Shown piece after piece: positions 1 through 13,800 of a stretch of 25,549 bases of DNA; position 1 is the stretch's first letter; the number at the start of each line of letters is the position of its first letter. The stretch comes from Phycicoccus sp. (GTDB taxonomy: Bacteria; Actinomycetota; Actinomycetes; Actinomycetales; Dermatophilaceae), in contig DASSQJ010000159.1 in NCBI GenBank assembly GCA_035702545.1, forward strand, positions 1 through 25,549, read 5' to 3'. Below the pieces are notes generated by a model. The model ran no database searches and was not told where the DNA came from. It saw only the letters and a program-made list of their open reading frames with translations. The position numbers and the translations under genes were made by a program.

Positions 1-460
1 CGAGGAGAAAGGCCTCGAACTCGTCGTCGGCGCGGTCGACCTCGTCGACGAGGAGGACCGCCGGCGACTCGCGCAGCGCCCGCAGGACGGGGCGGGCGAG
101 GAGGAACCGTTCGTCGAAGAGGTCCGCCTCGAGGGCGCGGACGTCGCGGGGACCTCCTTCGACCGCCTCGAGCGCCCGGACGTGGAAGATCTGGCGGGGG
201 AAGTCCCAGTCGTAGAGCGCCTGGCTGGCGTCGATGCCCTCGTAGCACTGGAGCCGGATGAGCGGCAGGTCCATCGTGTCGGCGAGCGCCTCGGCGAGGG
301 CGGTCTTGCCGGTCCCCGGCTCGCCCTCCATGAGCAGCGGGCGGCCGAGCCGCAGGGAGAGCCACGCCACGGTCGCGAGGGCGTCGTCGGCGAGGTAGCC
401 GACGCCGCGGAGGGCCTCGGCGAGGTCGCCGGCGGAGGCGAACGTGGTCCGGGGGTCCAT
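1..460 (-). CDS. MoxR/CoxD-type AAA+ ATPase (5' part; runs off the left edge)
   Basis: Hand translation from ATG at 460: MDPRTTFASAGDLAEAL...LLMEGEPGTGKT (Walker A)...RLQCYEGID..ALYDWDFPRQ...LLVDEVDRADDEFEAFL (Walker B). QCYEG and DEVDRADDEFEAFL are typical of CoxD-like MoxR proteins. Not in the supplied ORF track. Confidence 0.9.
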   Translation of the reverse strand, partial: MDPRTTFASAGDLAEALRGVGYLADDALATVAWLSLRLGRPLLMEGEPGTGKTALAEALADTMDLPLIRLQCYEGIDASQALYDWDFPRQIFHVRALEAVEGGPRDVRALEADLFDERFLLARPVLRALRESPAVLLVDEVDRADDEFEAFLL

Positions 461-558
461 GCCGACAGCATCACCCACGATCGGTCCCGAGGGAAGGATG
501 TGGTCCGCCGCTCCCGTCACTCCCCCTTGGCAGCCGACGCAGCACCCGGTCCCCCGCG

Positions 559-897
559 TCAGAGCAGGCGGCTCAACGCGGAGGCGACCTCGGCGAGGGC
601 GAGCGACCCGAGGACGACCGCCATCGCGCCGGGCAGCCGCCCGTCGGCGAGGACCGAGAAGGCCGGCTCGCCCGGGTGCGGGCGGGCCAGCCGGCGGGCG
701 CGCAGGGCGTCGGCGGCGACGAAGCCGGCGAGCGCCGAGACGAGGAGGGTCGGCACGACCACCACGGGACCGAAGCTGGCGAGGGTCAGCCGCCCGATCG
801 CGAGCGCCCCGACGAGCAGGGCGAGGCCGGTCCGGCGCCAGGCGAGGGCGGTGCGCTCCTGCTGGAGCCCGGGGTCGCGGGGGGCGGGCTCGGTCAA
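559..897 (-). CDS. DUF202 small membrane protein (YidG-like partner)
   Basis: C-terminal part of ORF 559..1176: DPGLQQERTALAWRRTGLALL followed by three hydrophobic helices. The TTG start at 897 overlaps the upstream TGA (TTGA at 894-897). Confidence 0.8.
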   Translation of the reverse strand: MTEPAPRDPGLQQERTALAWRRTGLALLVGALAIGRLTLASFGPVVVVPTLLVSALAGFVAADALRARRLARPHPGEPAFSVLADGRLPGAMAVVLGSLALAEVASALSRLL

Positions 898-1274
898 CCG
901 CCGACGCCGTTCACGAGGGCGCTGACGGCGAGGACCACCCCGACGATCGCGACGGTGACGAGCACGATGGCCATCGCCGGGTTGGGCGGCAGCGCGGTCT
1001 CCGTGCGCATCGCGTGCTCGGTGCGCGCCCACCCGCGCCAGGCCGAGAAGGCGACGAGGAGTCCTGCGACGGCGAGGAGGGCCGACATCAGGTACTGGAC
1101 GGTGTTGTTCAGGGGGAGGTCGAGCGCGTCGAGGGCGGCGGCACCGGCGAGCAGGGCCAGGCCGGTGCGGATCCACGCGAGGAAGGTTCGCTCGTTGGCG
1201 AGCGAGAAGCGGGGGTCCGGGTCGGTCCCGTGGTCGTAGACCCTCGGCGGCCAGCGGCGCTTGTCGGCGGTCAC
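894..1274 (-). CDS. DUF202/YidH-family inner membrane protein
   Basis: DPDPRFSLANERTFLAWIRTGLAL signature and three TM segments. GTG start at 1274 is preceded by CATGAT plus 6 nt. Confidence 0.88.
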   Translation of the reverse strand: MTADKRRWPPRVYDHGTDPDPRFSLANERTFLAWIRTGLALLAGAAALDALDLPLNNTVQYLMSALLAVAGLLVAFSAWRGWARTEHAMRTETALPPNPAMAIVLVTVAIVGVVLAVSALVNGVGG

Positions 1275-1281
1275 AGGGCCA

Positions 1282-1926
1282 TCATGACGGACCGCCGGTG
1301 GGGCGCCGACGCGGACCCGGCCCCTTCCCCTGGGACGCGGCCCGGAGGGCGTCCGGGGTGTCGAGGTCGGCGCCGGTCGCGAGGTCGCCGCACTCGACCG
1401 GGGTCGCCGGGTGGCCTGCGAGGTGCACCCGGGCCCCCCGGTCGCCGCGGGCCGAGCCCCGGACACCGGCCCAGTGGTCGCGACCGAGGAGCACCGGGTG
1501 CCCGGGCCGACCGTCGTAGGTGGCGCGCGCCAACGCGGCACGCGGCGCGTCGCCGGCCGCTGCGAGGACCCGTCGGTGCACCGCTGCGGTGACGTCGGGG
1601 AGGTCGACGAGGGTGACGAGGACCGCGTCGACGCCGTCACCGCCCGGGCCGGCGAGGTGCCCGAGCCCGGCCCGGAGGGAGGCCCCCATCCCCTCCTCCC
1701 AGCCGGCCGCGACGACGACCTCGGCCCCGACGGACACCGCGAGGGGAACCGCCTGCTCCGCAGCGGCGCCGACGACGGCGATCACCCGGTCCAGGCCGCC
1801 CTCGTGGAGCCGGGCGACGGCCACCTCGAGGAGGGTGGGCCCGTCCGCCGTGAGGCGCACGAGCGACTTGGGGCCCCCCATCCGGCGACCAGCGCCGGCG
1901 GCGAGGAGCAGCCCGACCGTCGTCAC
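1282..1926 (-). CDS. MocA/MobA-like nucleotidyltransferase (probable molybdenum cofactor cytidylyltransferase)
   Basis: N-terminal LLLAAGAGRRMGGPK nucleotide-binding motif, plus GMGASL, LVDLP and GHPVLLGR. Confidence 0.85.
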   Translation of the reverse strand: MTTVGLLLAAGAGRRMGGPKSLVRLTADGPTLLEVAVARLHEGGLDRVIAVVGAAAEQAVPLAVSVGAEVVVAAGWEEGMGASLRAGLGHLAGPGGDGVDAVLVTLVDLPDVTAAVHRRVLAAAGDAPRAALARATYDGRPGHPVLLGRDHWAGVRGSARGDRGARVHLAGHPATPVECGDLATGADLDTPDALRAASQGKGPGPRRRPTGGPS

Positions 1927-1979
1927 GGGCGCCAGCCTGCCACCCCGGCGCCGTCGGCGCGGCAGGCTACGGTCGACGG

Positions 1980-3086
1980 ATGGTGCTCGAGCTGTCCCGG
2001 CGCGACGCCCGCCGGGTGGCGGTCCGCGGCCAGCTGCTCACGGCATCCCGGCCCACCGACGCGCTCGAGGTGGTCCGCGCGCTGGGCCTGGTCCAGATGG
2101 ACCTCACGGCGGCCGTCGCGCCCAACGCCGACCTCGTCCTCTGGAGCCGCCTGGGCCGCTCCTACGCGCCGGCCGACCTCGACGACCTGCTCGAGGCGCG
2201 CGCGGTCGTCGAGGTGCAGGGGATGCTGCGGCCCGCCGAGGACGTCGCCCTGTACCGGGCGGAGTGGGCGGCCTGGCCCGGACCGGGGCCGCTCCGCGAG
2301 TGGCAGGTGTCGCTGCGCGACTGGCTCGCGGCGAACCACGCGTGCCGCGAGGACGTCCTCCAGCGCCTCCGGGCGGAGGGGCCGCTCCCCGCCCGCGCGC
2401 TGCCCGACACGTGTGCCGTGCCGTGGCGGTCCTCCGGCTGGACCCACCACAAGAACGTCCAGCGGCTGCTCGACCTCCTGGAGGCCCGTGGCGAGGTCGC
2501 GGTGTCCTCGCGGGAGAACCGCGAACGGGTGTGGGACCTCGCCGAGCGCATCCACCCCGACGTCGCCGCCGTGCCGCTGGAGGAGGCGCTGGCCGAGCGC
2601 GACCGCCGCCGCCTCGCCGCCCTCGGCATCGCGCGGCCCCGGGCGACGCAGACGCAGGTCGAGCCGAACGACGTCGGGACCGCCGGGGTCGAAGCGGTGG
2701 TCGAGGGGGTCCGCGGGAGGTGGCGAGTCGACCCGGCCCTCCTCGACGAACCGTTCCGCGGACGCACCGCCCTGCTCTCCCCCCTCGACCGGCTGGTCTT
2801 CGACCGGCGGCGGCTGCTCGAGCTCTTCGAGTTCGACTACCAGCTCGAGATGTACAAGCCGGCCGCCGCCCGGCGCTGGGGGTACTTCGCCCTCCCCGTG
2901 CTCCACGGCGACCTGCTCGTCGGCAAGGTCGACGCGACGACCGACCTCGACGCCGGCGTGCTGCGCGTCGACACGGTGCACTGGGACGTCGAGCCCAGCC
3001 GCGCGCTGGAGGAAGGGGTGCGCCGCGAGCTGGCCTCGCTCGCGGGGATGATCGGGGTGGAGCCGCGCACGGGCGGCCTGGCATGA
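1980..3086 (+). CDS. YcaQ/AlkZ-like (HTH_42) DNA crosslink-repair glycosylase
   Basis: LVQMD (QxD catalytic motif), LVLWSRLG, RVWDLAERI and LLSPLDRLVFDRRRL..LFEFDYQLEMYKP...RRWGYFALPVL..D.LVGKVD. Confidence 0.88.
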   Translation: MVLELSRRDARRVAVRGQLLTASRPTDALEVVRALGLVQMDLTAAVAPNADLVLWSRLGRSYAPADLDDLLEARAVVEVQGMLRPAEDVALYRAEWAAWPGPGPLREWQVSLRDWLAANHACREDVLQRLRAEGPLPARALPDTCAVPWRSSGWTHHKNVQRLLDLLEARGEVAVSSRENRERVWDLAERIHPDVAAVPLEEALAERDRRRLAALGIARPRATQTQVEPNDVGTAGVEAVVEGVRGRWRVDPALLDEPFRGRTALLSPLDRLVFDRRRLLELFEFDYQLEMYKPAAARRWGYFALPVLHGDLLVGKVDATTDLDAGVLRVDTVHWDVEPSRALEEGVRRELASLAGMIGVEPRTGGLA

Positions 3087-3565
3087 GCGGCGACGGCGCG
3101 CCGGCGGTCGTCATCCGCGGCGCGGTCGCGACCGACCTACCGGAGCTGAGGCGCGTCTACCGGGAGGCCTCGCTCGGCAACGCCGGGGACGCCCCGATGC
3201 TGCTCGCCCGTCCCGAGCTGCTCGTCCTGGCGGGCGAAGGGGTGGCGGAGGGTCGGACCCGGGTGGCCGTACCGGGCCGCGACCCGCGCGCGCCCGTCCT
3301 CGGCTTCGCGACGTCGGCCGTTGCCGCGGACGGCGAGCCCGAGCTCGAGGACCTGTTCGTCGACCCGCGCTGGCAGCGACGCGGCATCGCCCGACTGCTG
3401 GTCCTCGACGCCGCACGATCGGTCCGCGAGACGGGACACCGGCGGCTGTGGGTCACGGGCAACCCGCACGCGCTGGGCTTCTACCGCGCCGTCGGCTTCC
3501 TCGGGGACGACGCCGTCGCAACCCTCCTCGGCGAGGGCCTCCGGCTGCACCTCGACGTCAGCTGA
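3083..3565 (+). CDS. GNAT-family N-acetyltransferase
   Basis: LEDLFVDPRWQRRGIARLL (acetyl-CoA-binding motif A) and NPHALGFYRAVGF. ATG at 3083 overlaps the glycosylase TGA (ATGA). Confidence 0.85.
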   Translation: MSGDGAPAVVIRGAVATDLPELRRVYREASLGNAGDAPMLLARPELLVLAGEGVAEGRTRVAVPGRDPRAPVLGFATSAVAADGEPELEDLFVDPRWQRRGIARLLVLDAARSVRETGHRRLWVTGNPHALGFYRAVGFLGDDAVATLLGEGLRLHLDVS

Positions 3566-4142
3566 ACGGACGTCCCTGCGGGTGGAGGAACTCGGCGGGG
3601 TCGAACTCGTCGATGGGGATGACCCGAACCCGCGGGAGCTGCTCGTTGAACGCGTGGACGTCGTACTCGAGGTCGAGGACCTCGAGCCCGTCCTCGGCGA
3701 GCTCGACGAAGCCGTGGTTCCGGAACTCGACGAACCCCGCGACGCCGACGCGCCGTCCGTCGAGGAGGTCGCGCACCTGCCCGACGAAGTCGCCGTCGTT
3801 GCTGACGAGGACCACGTCGGCGTCGTGGTGGCGGAGCTCGGCGAGGGTCCGCTGGATCGCGATGTCGACGACCTTCTCGCCGGGCGCCCCGGAGAGCGCC
3901 ACGGGCCGGTAGCCGATGGCGAGCAGCGCCTGGACGAAGGTCATCGGCAGCTCGTTGTTCGCGGCGAGGAAGAACAGCCCGGTCGCCGGCTGGCCCCACC
4001 GCTCGCGGGTGAACTGGAGCAGCCGCTCCCACCGCGGGCGCTCCTCGGGCCGGGGCCGCCGGCCGAGGATGCTCGTCCCCAGGGTCGCGTCGATGTTCTC
4101 GCCGTCGACGAGGACGTAGGTCTGGCGCGGTTCCTCGGACAT
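3558..4142 (-). CDS. NYN-domain (PIN-fold, LabA/DUF88-like) protein
   Basis: YVLVDGENID, EKVVDIAI and VLVSNDGDF acidic catalytic motifs. Leaderless TAGGCT-N7-ATG start. Confidence 0.85.
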   Translation of the reverse strand: MSEEPRQTYVLVDGENIDATLGTSILGRRPRPEERPRWERLLQFTRERWGQPATGLFFLAANNELPMTFVQALLAIGYRPVALSGAPGEKVVDIAIQRTLAELRHHDADVVLVSNDGDFVGQVRDLLDGRRVGVAGFVEFRNHGFVELAEDGLEVLDLEYDVHAFNEQLPRVRVIPIDEFDPAEFLHPQGRPFS

Positions 4143-4149
4143 GGCAGGG

Positions 4150-4155
4150 AGCCTA
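4150..4155 (-). promoter_or_regulatory. -10 hexamer TAGGCT, leaderless promoter of the NYN gene
   Basis: TAGGCT lies 7 nt before the ATG at 4142 and there is no Shine-Dalgarno. Confidence 0.6.
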
Positions 4156-4166
4156 CGGGCAGACGC

Positions 4167-4203
4167 ACGGCGGCCCGGCTCCGCGAAGGAGCCGGGCCAC
4201 CGT
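4167..4203 (-). terminator. GC-rich hairpin terminator after the 5'-nucleotidase gene
   Basis: Minus strand ACGGTGGCCCGGCTCC-TTCGC-GGAGCCGGGCCGCCGT forms a 16-bp stem with one G-U pair, 16 nt after the stop at 4220. No U-tract. Confidence 0.75.
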
Positions 4204-4219
4204 CCGCGAGCAGGACCGG

Positions 4220-5989
4220 TCAGTTCTTGGTGATCCGGTCCAGCGGGCCCGGCGTGTACGGCGAGACGTCGCCGAGGTGGTTGGCGAAGGCGTCGATGTC
4301 GAGACCGCCGAAGTACTTGTCGGTCGCCTCCTTGAACACCGGGAAGCCGTCACCGCCGTCGGACAGGAAGTTGTTCGTGACGATGCGGTACGACGTGGTG
4401 TCGCCGATCGGGGCGCCGTCCAGCGTGACCGTCCCGAGCGTGGTGCCCGAGTAGGTGTAGGCGAACCCGTCGCTGACCTGAAGGACCTTCGGGGACAGGG
4501 CGTTCACCCCGCTCCACTGCTCGGTCAGGAGGGTCTTGATCTGGGCGCCCGTCATCGTCATCGACACGAGGTAGTTGTTGAACGGCTGGACCGTGAACGC
4601 CTCGCCGAACGTGACCTGGCCCGGGGCCTCGCCGTTGGACACCTGGTTGTAGGAGAGGTCGGCGCGGATGCCGCCGGGGTTCATGAAGGCGATGACCGGC
4701 TCCTGCCCGCCGGTGACGACCGAGGGGTCGGCGAGCTGGGCGTCGGCGATGAGGTCACCGAGCTGGGACTCCCCGCCCGCGTTCGGGGTTCGGGTGACGT
4801 CCTGGGTGATGCTGCCGAGGACGGTCGCGGCGATCGGCTCGACGAGCGTGTTGTACCGCTCGATGATCGAGGTCTGGACCGGGTCCTTGGGGACGTCCCG
4901 GGTGACGATCATGTTGCTGCCGGCCACCGAGCTGCGGACGATGTCGTTGGTCCGCCGGTCGTACGTGACCGACGTGTCGGTGTAGAGCCGGCCGAAGGAG
5001 GAGGCCGAGGTGACGAGGCGGTCCTGTCCGGCTGGGTCCTTGACGTCGCAGACGTACGGCTGGTGGGTGTGCCCCGTGATGACCATGTCGATCTCCGGGT
5101 CGAGGTTCTTCGCGATGTCGACGATCGGGCCGGAGAGCTCGCCGCCGCCCTGGCAGGTGTAGTCGAACGGCTTGTTCGACGTCGGGAAGCCGCCCTCGTG
5201 GACGAGGACGACGATCGCGTTGACGTTCTTCTTCTTCAACTGCGGCACGAGGGCGTTCGCGGTCTCCACCTCGCCGCGGAACTCCAGGCCTGCGATGCCC
5301 GAGGCGGTGACGATGTTCGGGGTGTCCTTGAGCGTCATCCCGATGAAGGCGATCCTCGCGCCGTTGCGGTTGATGATCGTGTACGGCGGGAGCACGGTGT
5401 TGCCCGTCGAGGTCTCGATGACGTTGGCCGCGAGGTACTGGAAGTCGGCACCGCCGAAGGAACCGTCGGGGCACGAGTTCTGGTTGGCCTGACCGTCGCC
5501 GTCGTCGATGCAGCCCCCGGCCTGGAGACGCTGGAGCTCCTTGTAGCCCTCGTCGAACTCGTGGTTCCCGACCGCGGAGGCGTCCAGGTGCAGGGCGTTC
5601 ATCGACTCGATCGTCGGCTCGTCGTGGAACGCCGCGGAGAGCAGCGGGCTCGCGCCGACGAGGTCGCCCGCGGCGACGGTGATCGAGTTCCGGTGGCCCG
5701 CACGGGCGTCCGCGAGGTGCGTGGCGAGGTACTCCACCCCGCCGGCGTCGACGTTCCCGGTCTCGGTGAGGATCCGCCCGCTCGAGCCGCTCGGCGGCTG
5801 GAGGTTCCCGTGGAAGTCGTTGAAGGAGAGGATCTGGATGTCCATGAGCGGGCCCTGGGCGTTGGGCGAGGCGTTCGAGCCTCCCGCGGGAGCGGCGGTG
5901 GCCGGCGCGGAGAGCGCGGTCGCGGCAAGCGCGGCGGCGCAGGCGCCCGCGAGACCGGCTCCCGCGAGCCGGCGGGTCAGGTGTGACAT
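4220..5989 (-). CDS. Secreted 5'-nucleotidase / bifunctional metallophosphatase (UshA-like)
   Basis: Signal peptide (TRRL, Ala-rich, A-T-A cleavage), NDFHGNL, AGDLVGASP, GNHEFD, GHTHQ, then a C-terminal 5'-nucleotidase domain (NPGGIRADL, QPFNN, TNNFLSDGGDGF). RBS AAAGGGGA. Confidence 0.93.
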   Translation of the reverse strand: MSHLTRRLAGAGLAGACAAALAATALSAPATAAPAGGSNASPNAQGPLMDIQILSFNDFHGNLQPPSGSSGRILTETGNVDAGGVEYLATHLADARAGHRNSITVAAGDLVGASPLLSAAFHDEPTIESMNALHLDASAVGNHEFDEGYKELQRLQAGGCIDDGDGQANQNSCPDGSFGGADFQYLAANVIETSTGNTVLPPYTIINRNGARIAFIGMTLKDTPNIVTASGIAGLEFRGEVETANALVPQLKKKNVNAIVVLVHEGGFPTSNKPFDYTCQGGGELSGPIVDIAKNLDPEIDMVITGHTHQPYVCDVKDPAGQDRLVTSASSFGRLYTDTSVTYDRRTNDIVRSSVAGSNMIVTRDVPKDPVQTSIIERYNTLVEPIAATVLGSITQDVTRTPNAGGESQLGDLIADAQLADPSVVTGGQEPVIAFMNPGGIRADLSYNQVSNGEAPGQVTFGEAFTVQPFNNYLVSMTMTGAQIKTLLTEQWSGVNALSPKVLQVSDGFAYTYSGTTLGTVTLDGAPIGDTTSYRIVTNNFLSDGGDGFPVFKEATDKYFGGLDIDAFANHLGDVSPYTPGPLDRITKN

Positions 5990-6087
5990 GTGTGTCCCCT
6001 TTGACGGTGGTGTGACCTGCCTGTGGGAGGCCCGATCTGCAGGACCCTAGACCTGCGGGGACGGTACGCGGAAGCCCCGAGTGCCGG

Positions 6088-11604
<5,517 letters not shown>

Positions 11605-11611
11605 GCGGCCG

Positions 11612-11617
11612 AGCCTG
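11612..11617 (-). promoter_or_regulatory. -10 hexamer CAGGCT, leaderless promoter of the carboxylase
   Basis: CAGGCT-N7-ATG with no Shine-Dalgarno. Confidence 0.5.
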
Positions 11618-11630
11618 CCACCGATCCGCG

Positions 11631-11646
11631 GTGACTCGCGAGTAAC
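11631..11646. promoter_or_regulatory. 16-bp near-perfect palindrome GTGACTCGCGAGTAAC, candidate operator
   Basis: 14 of 16 positions are self-complementary, with a perfect 10-bp core ACTCGCGAGT. It lies in the 81-bp divergent intergenic region over the expected -35 of the carboxylase promoter. Confidence 0.55.
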
Positions 11647-11685
11647 GGCCGGGCCGCCGCCCGCACGGCGTGCCACACTTCGGTC

Positions 11686-12588
11686 GTGCGCGGACGGTGG
11701 GTGGACGAGCTCATCGTCCGGACCCGGCGTGAGGTCGACGACCTGCTCGCGCGCGCTGACCGGCGGCCGGTGCTCGGCGTCACCCTGCGGATCGTCCGCG
11801 ACCTGCTGAGCATCGACGTCCGCGACCGCATCTTCGGGCTCGCCGGTCAGTCCTTCCTCGCCCTCGTCCCGCTGATGATCATCACGGCCGGCCTGATCTC
11901 GGTGCGGGACGAGGCCGGGCTCGCCGACCTCATCAACGCCCGCCTCGACCTCGACGCGCAGACCGCCCGCACCGTCGAGGTGCTCTTCTCGACCCCGACG
12001 GCGAAGGGGACCGCCTCGGTCCTCAGCGTGCTCATCCTCCTGCTGTCCGTCAACAGCTACGCACGCACGATGCGCCGCAGCGTCGAACGGCCGTGGCACC
12101 TCCCCAAGGCCGGCTGGCGGGCGCAGGCCCACGGCCTGGCCGCGATCCTCGTCTTCATCGCCATGCATTTCTCCATCGCCCTCGTCGCGACCGCCTGGCG
12201 GGGAGGCCCCGCGACGACCGCGGTGCCGGAGGTCGTCGTCCAGACCCTCATGCTCGTCGGCTTCTGGTGGGTCATCACCTTCCTCCTCGCGGCCCGGCGC
12301 ATCTCCTGGCTGCACCTGCTGCCGGGCGCGGTCGCCGGCGGGATCGCCCAGTCCGTGGCGGGCTGGTGGAGCGTCACCTTCCTCCCCTCGATCCTCGAGC
12401 GGCAGACGAGCCGGTACGGGGTCATCGGCGTCTCCCTCGGCATCGTCACGTGGCTGCTCGTCGCGAGCGGCATCACCGTCGGGGTGGGCATCGTCGGAGC
12501 CCGGATCGCGCGGGCCGCGGGATGGCTCACGGTGGAGGAGGAGCAGGAGCCACCGGAGTACCCCGTGGGTCCCCTGTCCGTTCCCTGA
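11686..12588 (+). CDS. YihY/virulence factor BrkB family membrane protein
   Basis: AGQSFLALVPL early helix, about six TM segments, LLPGAVAGG and RYGVIGVSLGIVTWL. CACACT-N6-GTG start. Confidence 0.8.
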   Translation: MRGRWVDELIVRTRREVDDLLARADRRPVLGVTLRIVRDLLSIDVRDRIFGLAGQSFLALVPLMIITAGLISVRDEAGLADLINARLDLDAQTARTVEVLFSTPTAKGTASVLSVLILLLSVNSYARTMRRSVERPWHLPKAGWRAQAHGLAAILVFIAMHFSIALVATAWRGGPATTAVPEVVVQTLMLVGFWWVITFLLAARRISWLHLLPGAVAGGIAQSVAGWWSVTFLPSILERQTSRYGVIGVSLGIVTWLLVASGITVGVGIVGARIARAAGWLTVEEEQEPPEYPVGPLSVP

Positions 12589-12608
12589 GCCGGTGCGCCG
12601 GCCGGCGC

Positions 12609-13787
12609 TCAGCCCGTCGACTCGGTCCGCGCCGGCGTCGGCGACTCCTCGCCGTGCGGTGGCTCGTCGGCGTCGTCGTCGTCCCGGGGGGCGACGAGCT
12701 CCGCGACCTTCTCCTCCGTGGCGGGCGAGAGCTCGTAGCGACGCTTGTAGATCTCGAGCATCGCCATGACCGTCGCCGCGACCGGCACGCCGAGCAGCGC
12801 GCCGGAGAGGCCGAAGAGCTGGGCGCCGAGCAGCGCCGCCCCGAAGGACACGGCGGGATGGAGGTCGACGGCGCGCGCGGAGATCCGCGGCTCGATGGTG
12901 AGGTTCTCGACCTGCTGGTACGCGATGCCCCAGATGAGCGCGTAGACACCGAGGAGCCAGTTGCCGGACGTCAGGCCGACGACGACCGGCAGGGCGATGG
13001 AGATGTAGGTGCCGATGTTCGGGACGAACTGGGCGACGATGCCGGTCCACAGGGCGAGGGGCAGCCAGTACGGCAGCCCGATGACCGCGAAGACGATCGC
13101 GCTGCACACCGAGTTGATCGCCGCGAGGACGATGCGGGCGGCGATGTAGCCGCCGACCTTGATGCGGGTGAGGTCCCAGGCGGCGAGGAACGGCACCTGG
13201 AGGTCCGGCTTCATCCGGCGGGCCAGCCAGTTGCGCAGCCTCGGCATCCCCGCGGAGATGTAGAAGACGAAGAAGGCGAGGACGAAGAGGCCGAAGGCGC
13301 TGGAGATCAGGCTGACGACGAAGCCGATGAGCGCGAAGGCGGCGTCCTGGGCGTAGCCCGCGAGGTCCCCCGGCGCGACGCCGATCTGGTCGAACAGGGT
13401 GTCGAAGGTCAGGGAGGCCCCCGTCACCCGGTTGACCCAGGCGAGGGCGTCCGAGGCCATACCGGGGATCGCCTTGACGAGCTCGACGAGCTGGTTGACG
13501 AAGAGGGCGCCGAACGCGGCGACGAACCCGAGGAAGGCCAGCCCGGCGAGGATCATGACCAGCCCCGTCGCGAGGCCCCGCCTCATCCGCTCCGCCAGCT
13601 TGGCCACGACGGGCTCCATGGCGAGGGCGATGAACCACGCCATGACGACGTTGTAGATCAGGGTGTTGCCGCGCCAGAAGACGAAGGCGACGAACGCGAC
13701 GAGCGCGAGGACGGCGACGACGAGCCAGGTCCGGTGCCACAGCGGGTTGTCCCGGAACCTCGGCGCGCCGGCCGCGGTCGCCTCCAT
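12609..13787 (-). CDS. AI-2E (PerM/TqsA) family transporter
   Basis: AWFIALAMEPVV, AQFVPNIG, YQQVENLTIEPRI...VDLHPAV and GAQLFGLSGALLGVP. ATG at 13787 is preceded by TACATT-N7. Confidence 0.9.
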   Translation of the reverse strand: MEATAAGAPRFRDNPLWHRTWLVVAVLALVAFVAFVFWRGNTLIYNVVMAWFIALAMEPVVAKLAERMRRGLATGLVMILAGLAFLGFVAAFGALFVNQLVELVKAIPGMASDALAWVNRVTGASLTFDTLFDQIGVAPGDLAGYAQDAAFALIGFVVSLISSAFGLFVLAFFVFYISAGMPRLRNWLARRMKPDLQVPFLAAWDLTRIKVGGYIAARIVLAAINSVCSAIVFAVIGLPYWLPLALWTGIVAQFVPNIGTYISIALPVVVGLTSGNWLLGVYALIWGIAYQQVENLTIEPRISARAVDLHPAVSFGAALLGAQLFGLSGALLGVPVAATVMAMLEIYKRRYELSPATEEKVAELVAPRDDDDADEPPHGEESPTPARTESTG

Positions 13788-13794
13788 GGGGGCA

Positions 13795-13800
13795 AATGTA
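13795..13800 (-). promoter_or_regulatory. -10 hexamer TACATT, leaderless promoter of the AI-2E gene
   Basis: TACATT lies 7 nt before the ATG. Confidence 0.6.

Noticed and set aside
182-3114. Arg/Pro/Ala-rich alternative-frame ORFs (182..925, 444..1592, 1411..3051, 1520..3082, 2104..3114)
   Set aside because: They overlap well-supported genes in other frames and have the typical composition of GC-rich off-frame translations.
11605-13740. N-terminal 712 aa of the supplied 2550-aa ORF (apparent giant fusion)
   Set aside because: The segment is low-complexity Arg/Pro/Gly text that overlaps yihY (antisense) and the AI-2E gene (other frame). The biotin carboxylase begins at MFSRIAVVNRGE (11604), with a leaderless -10.
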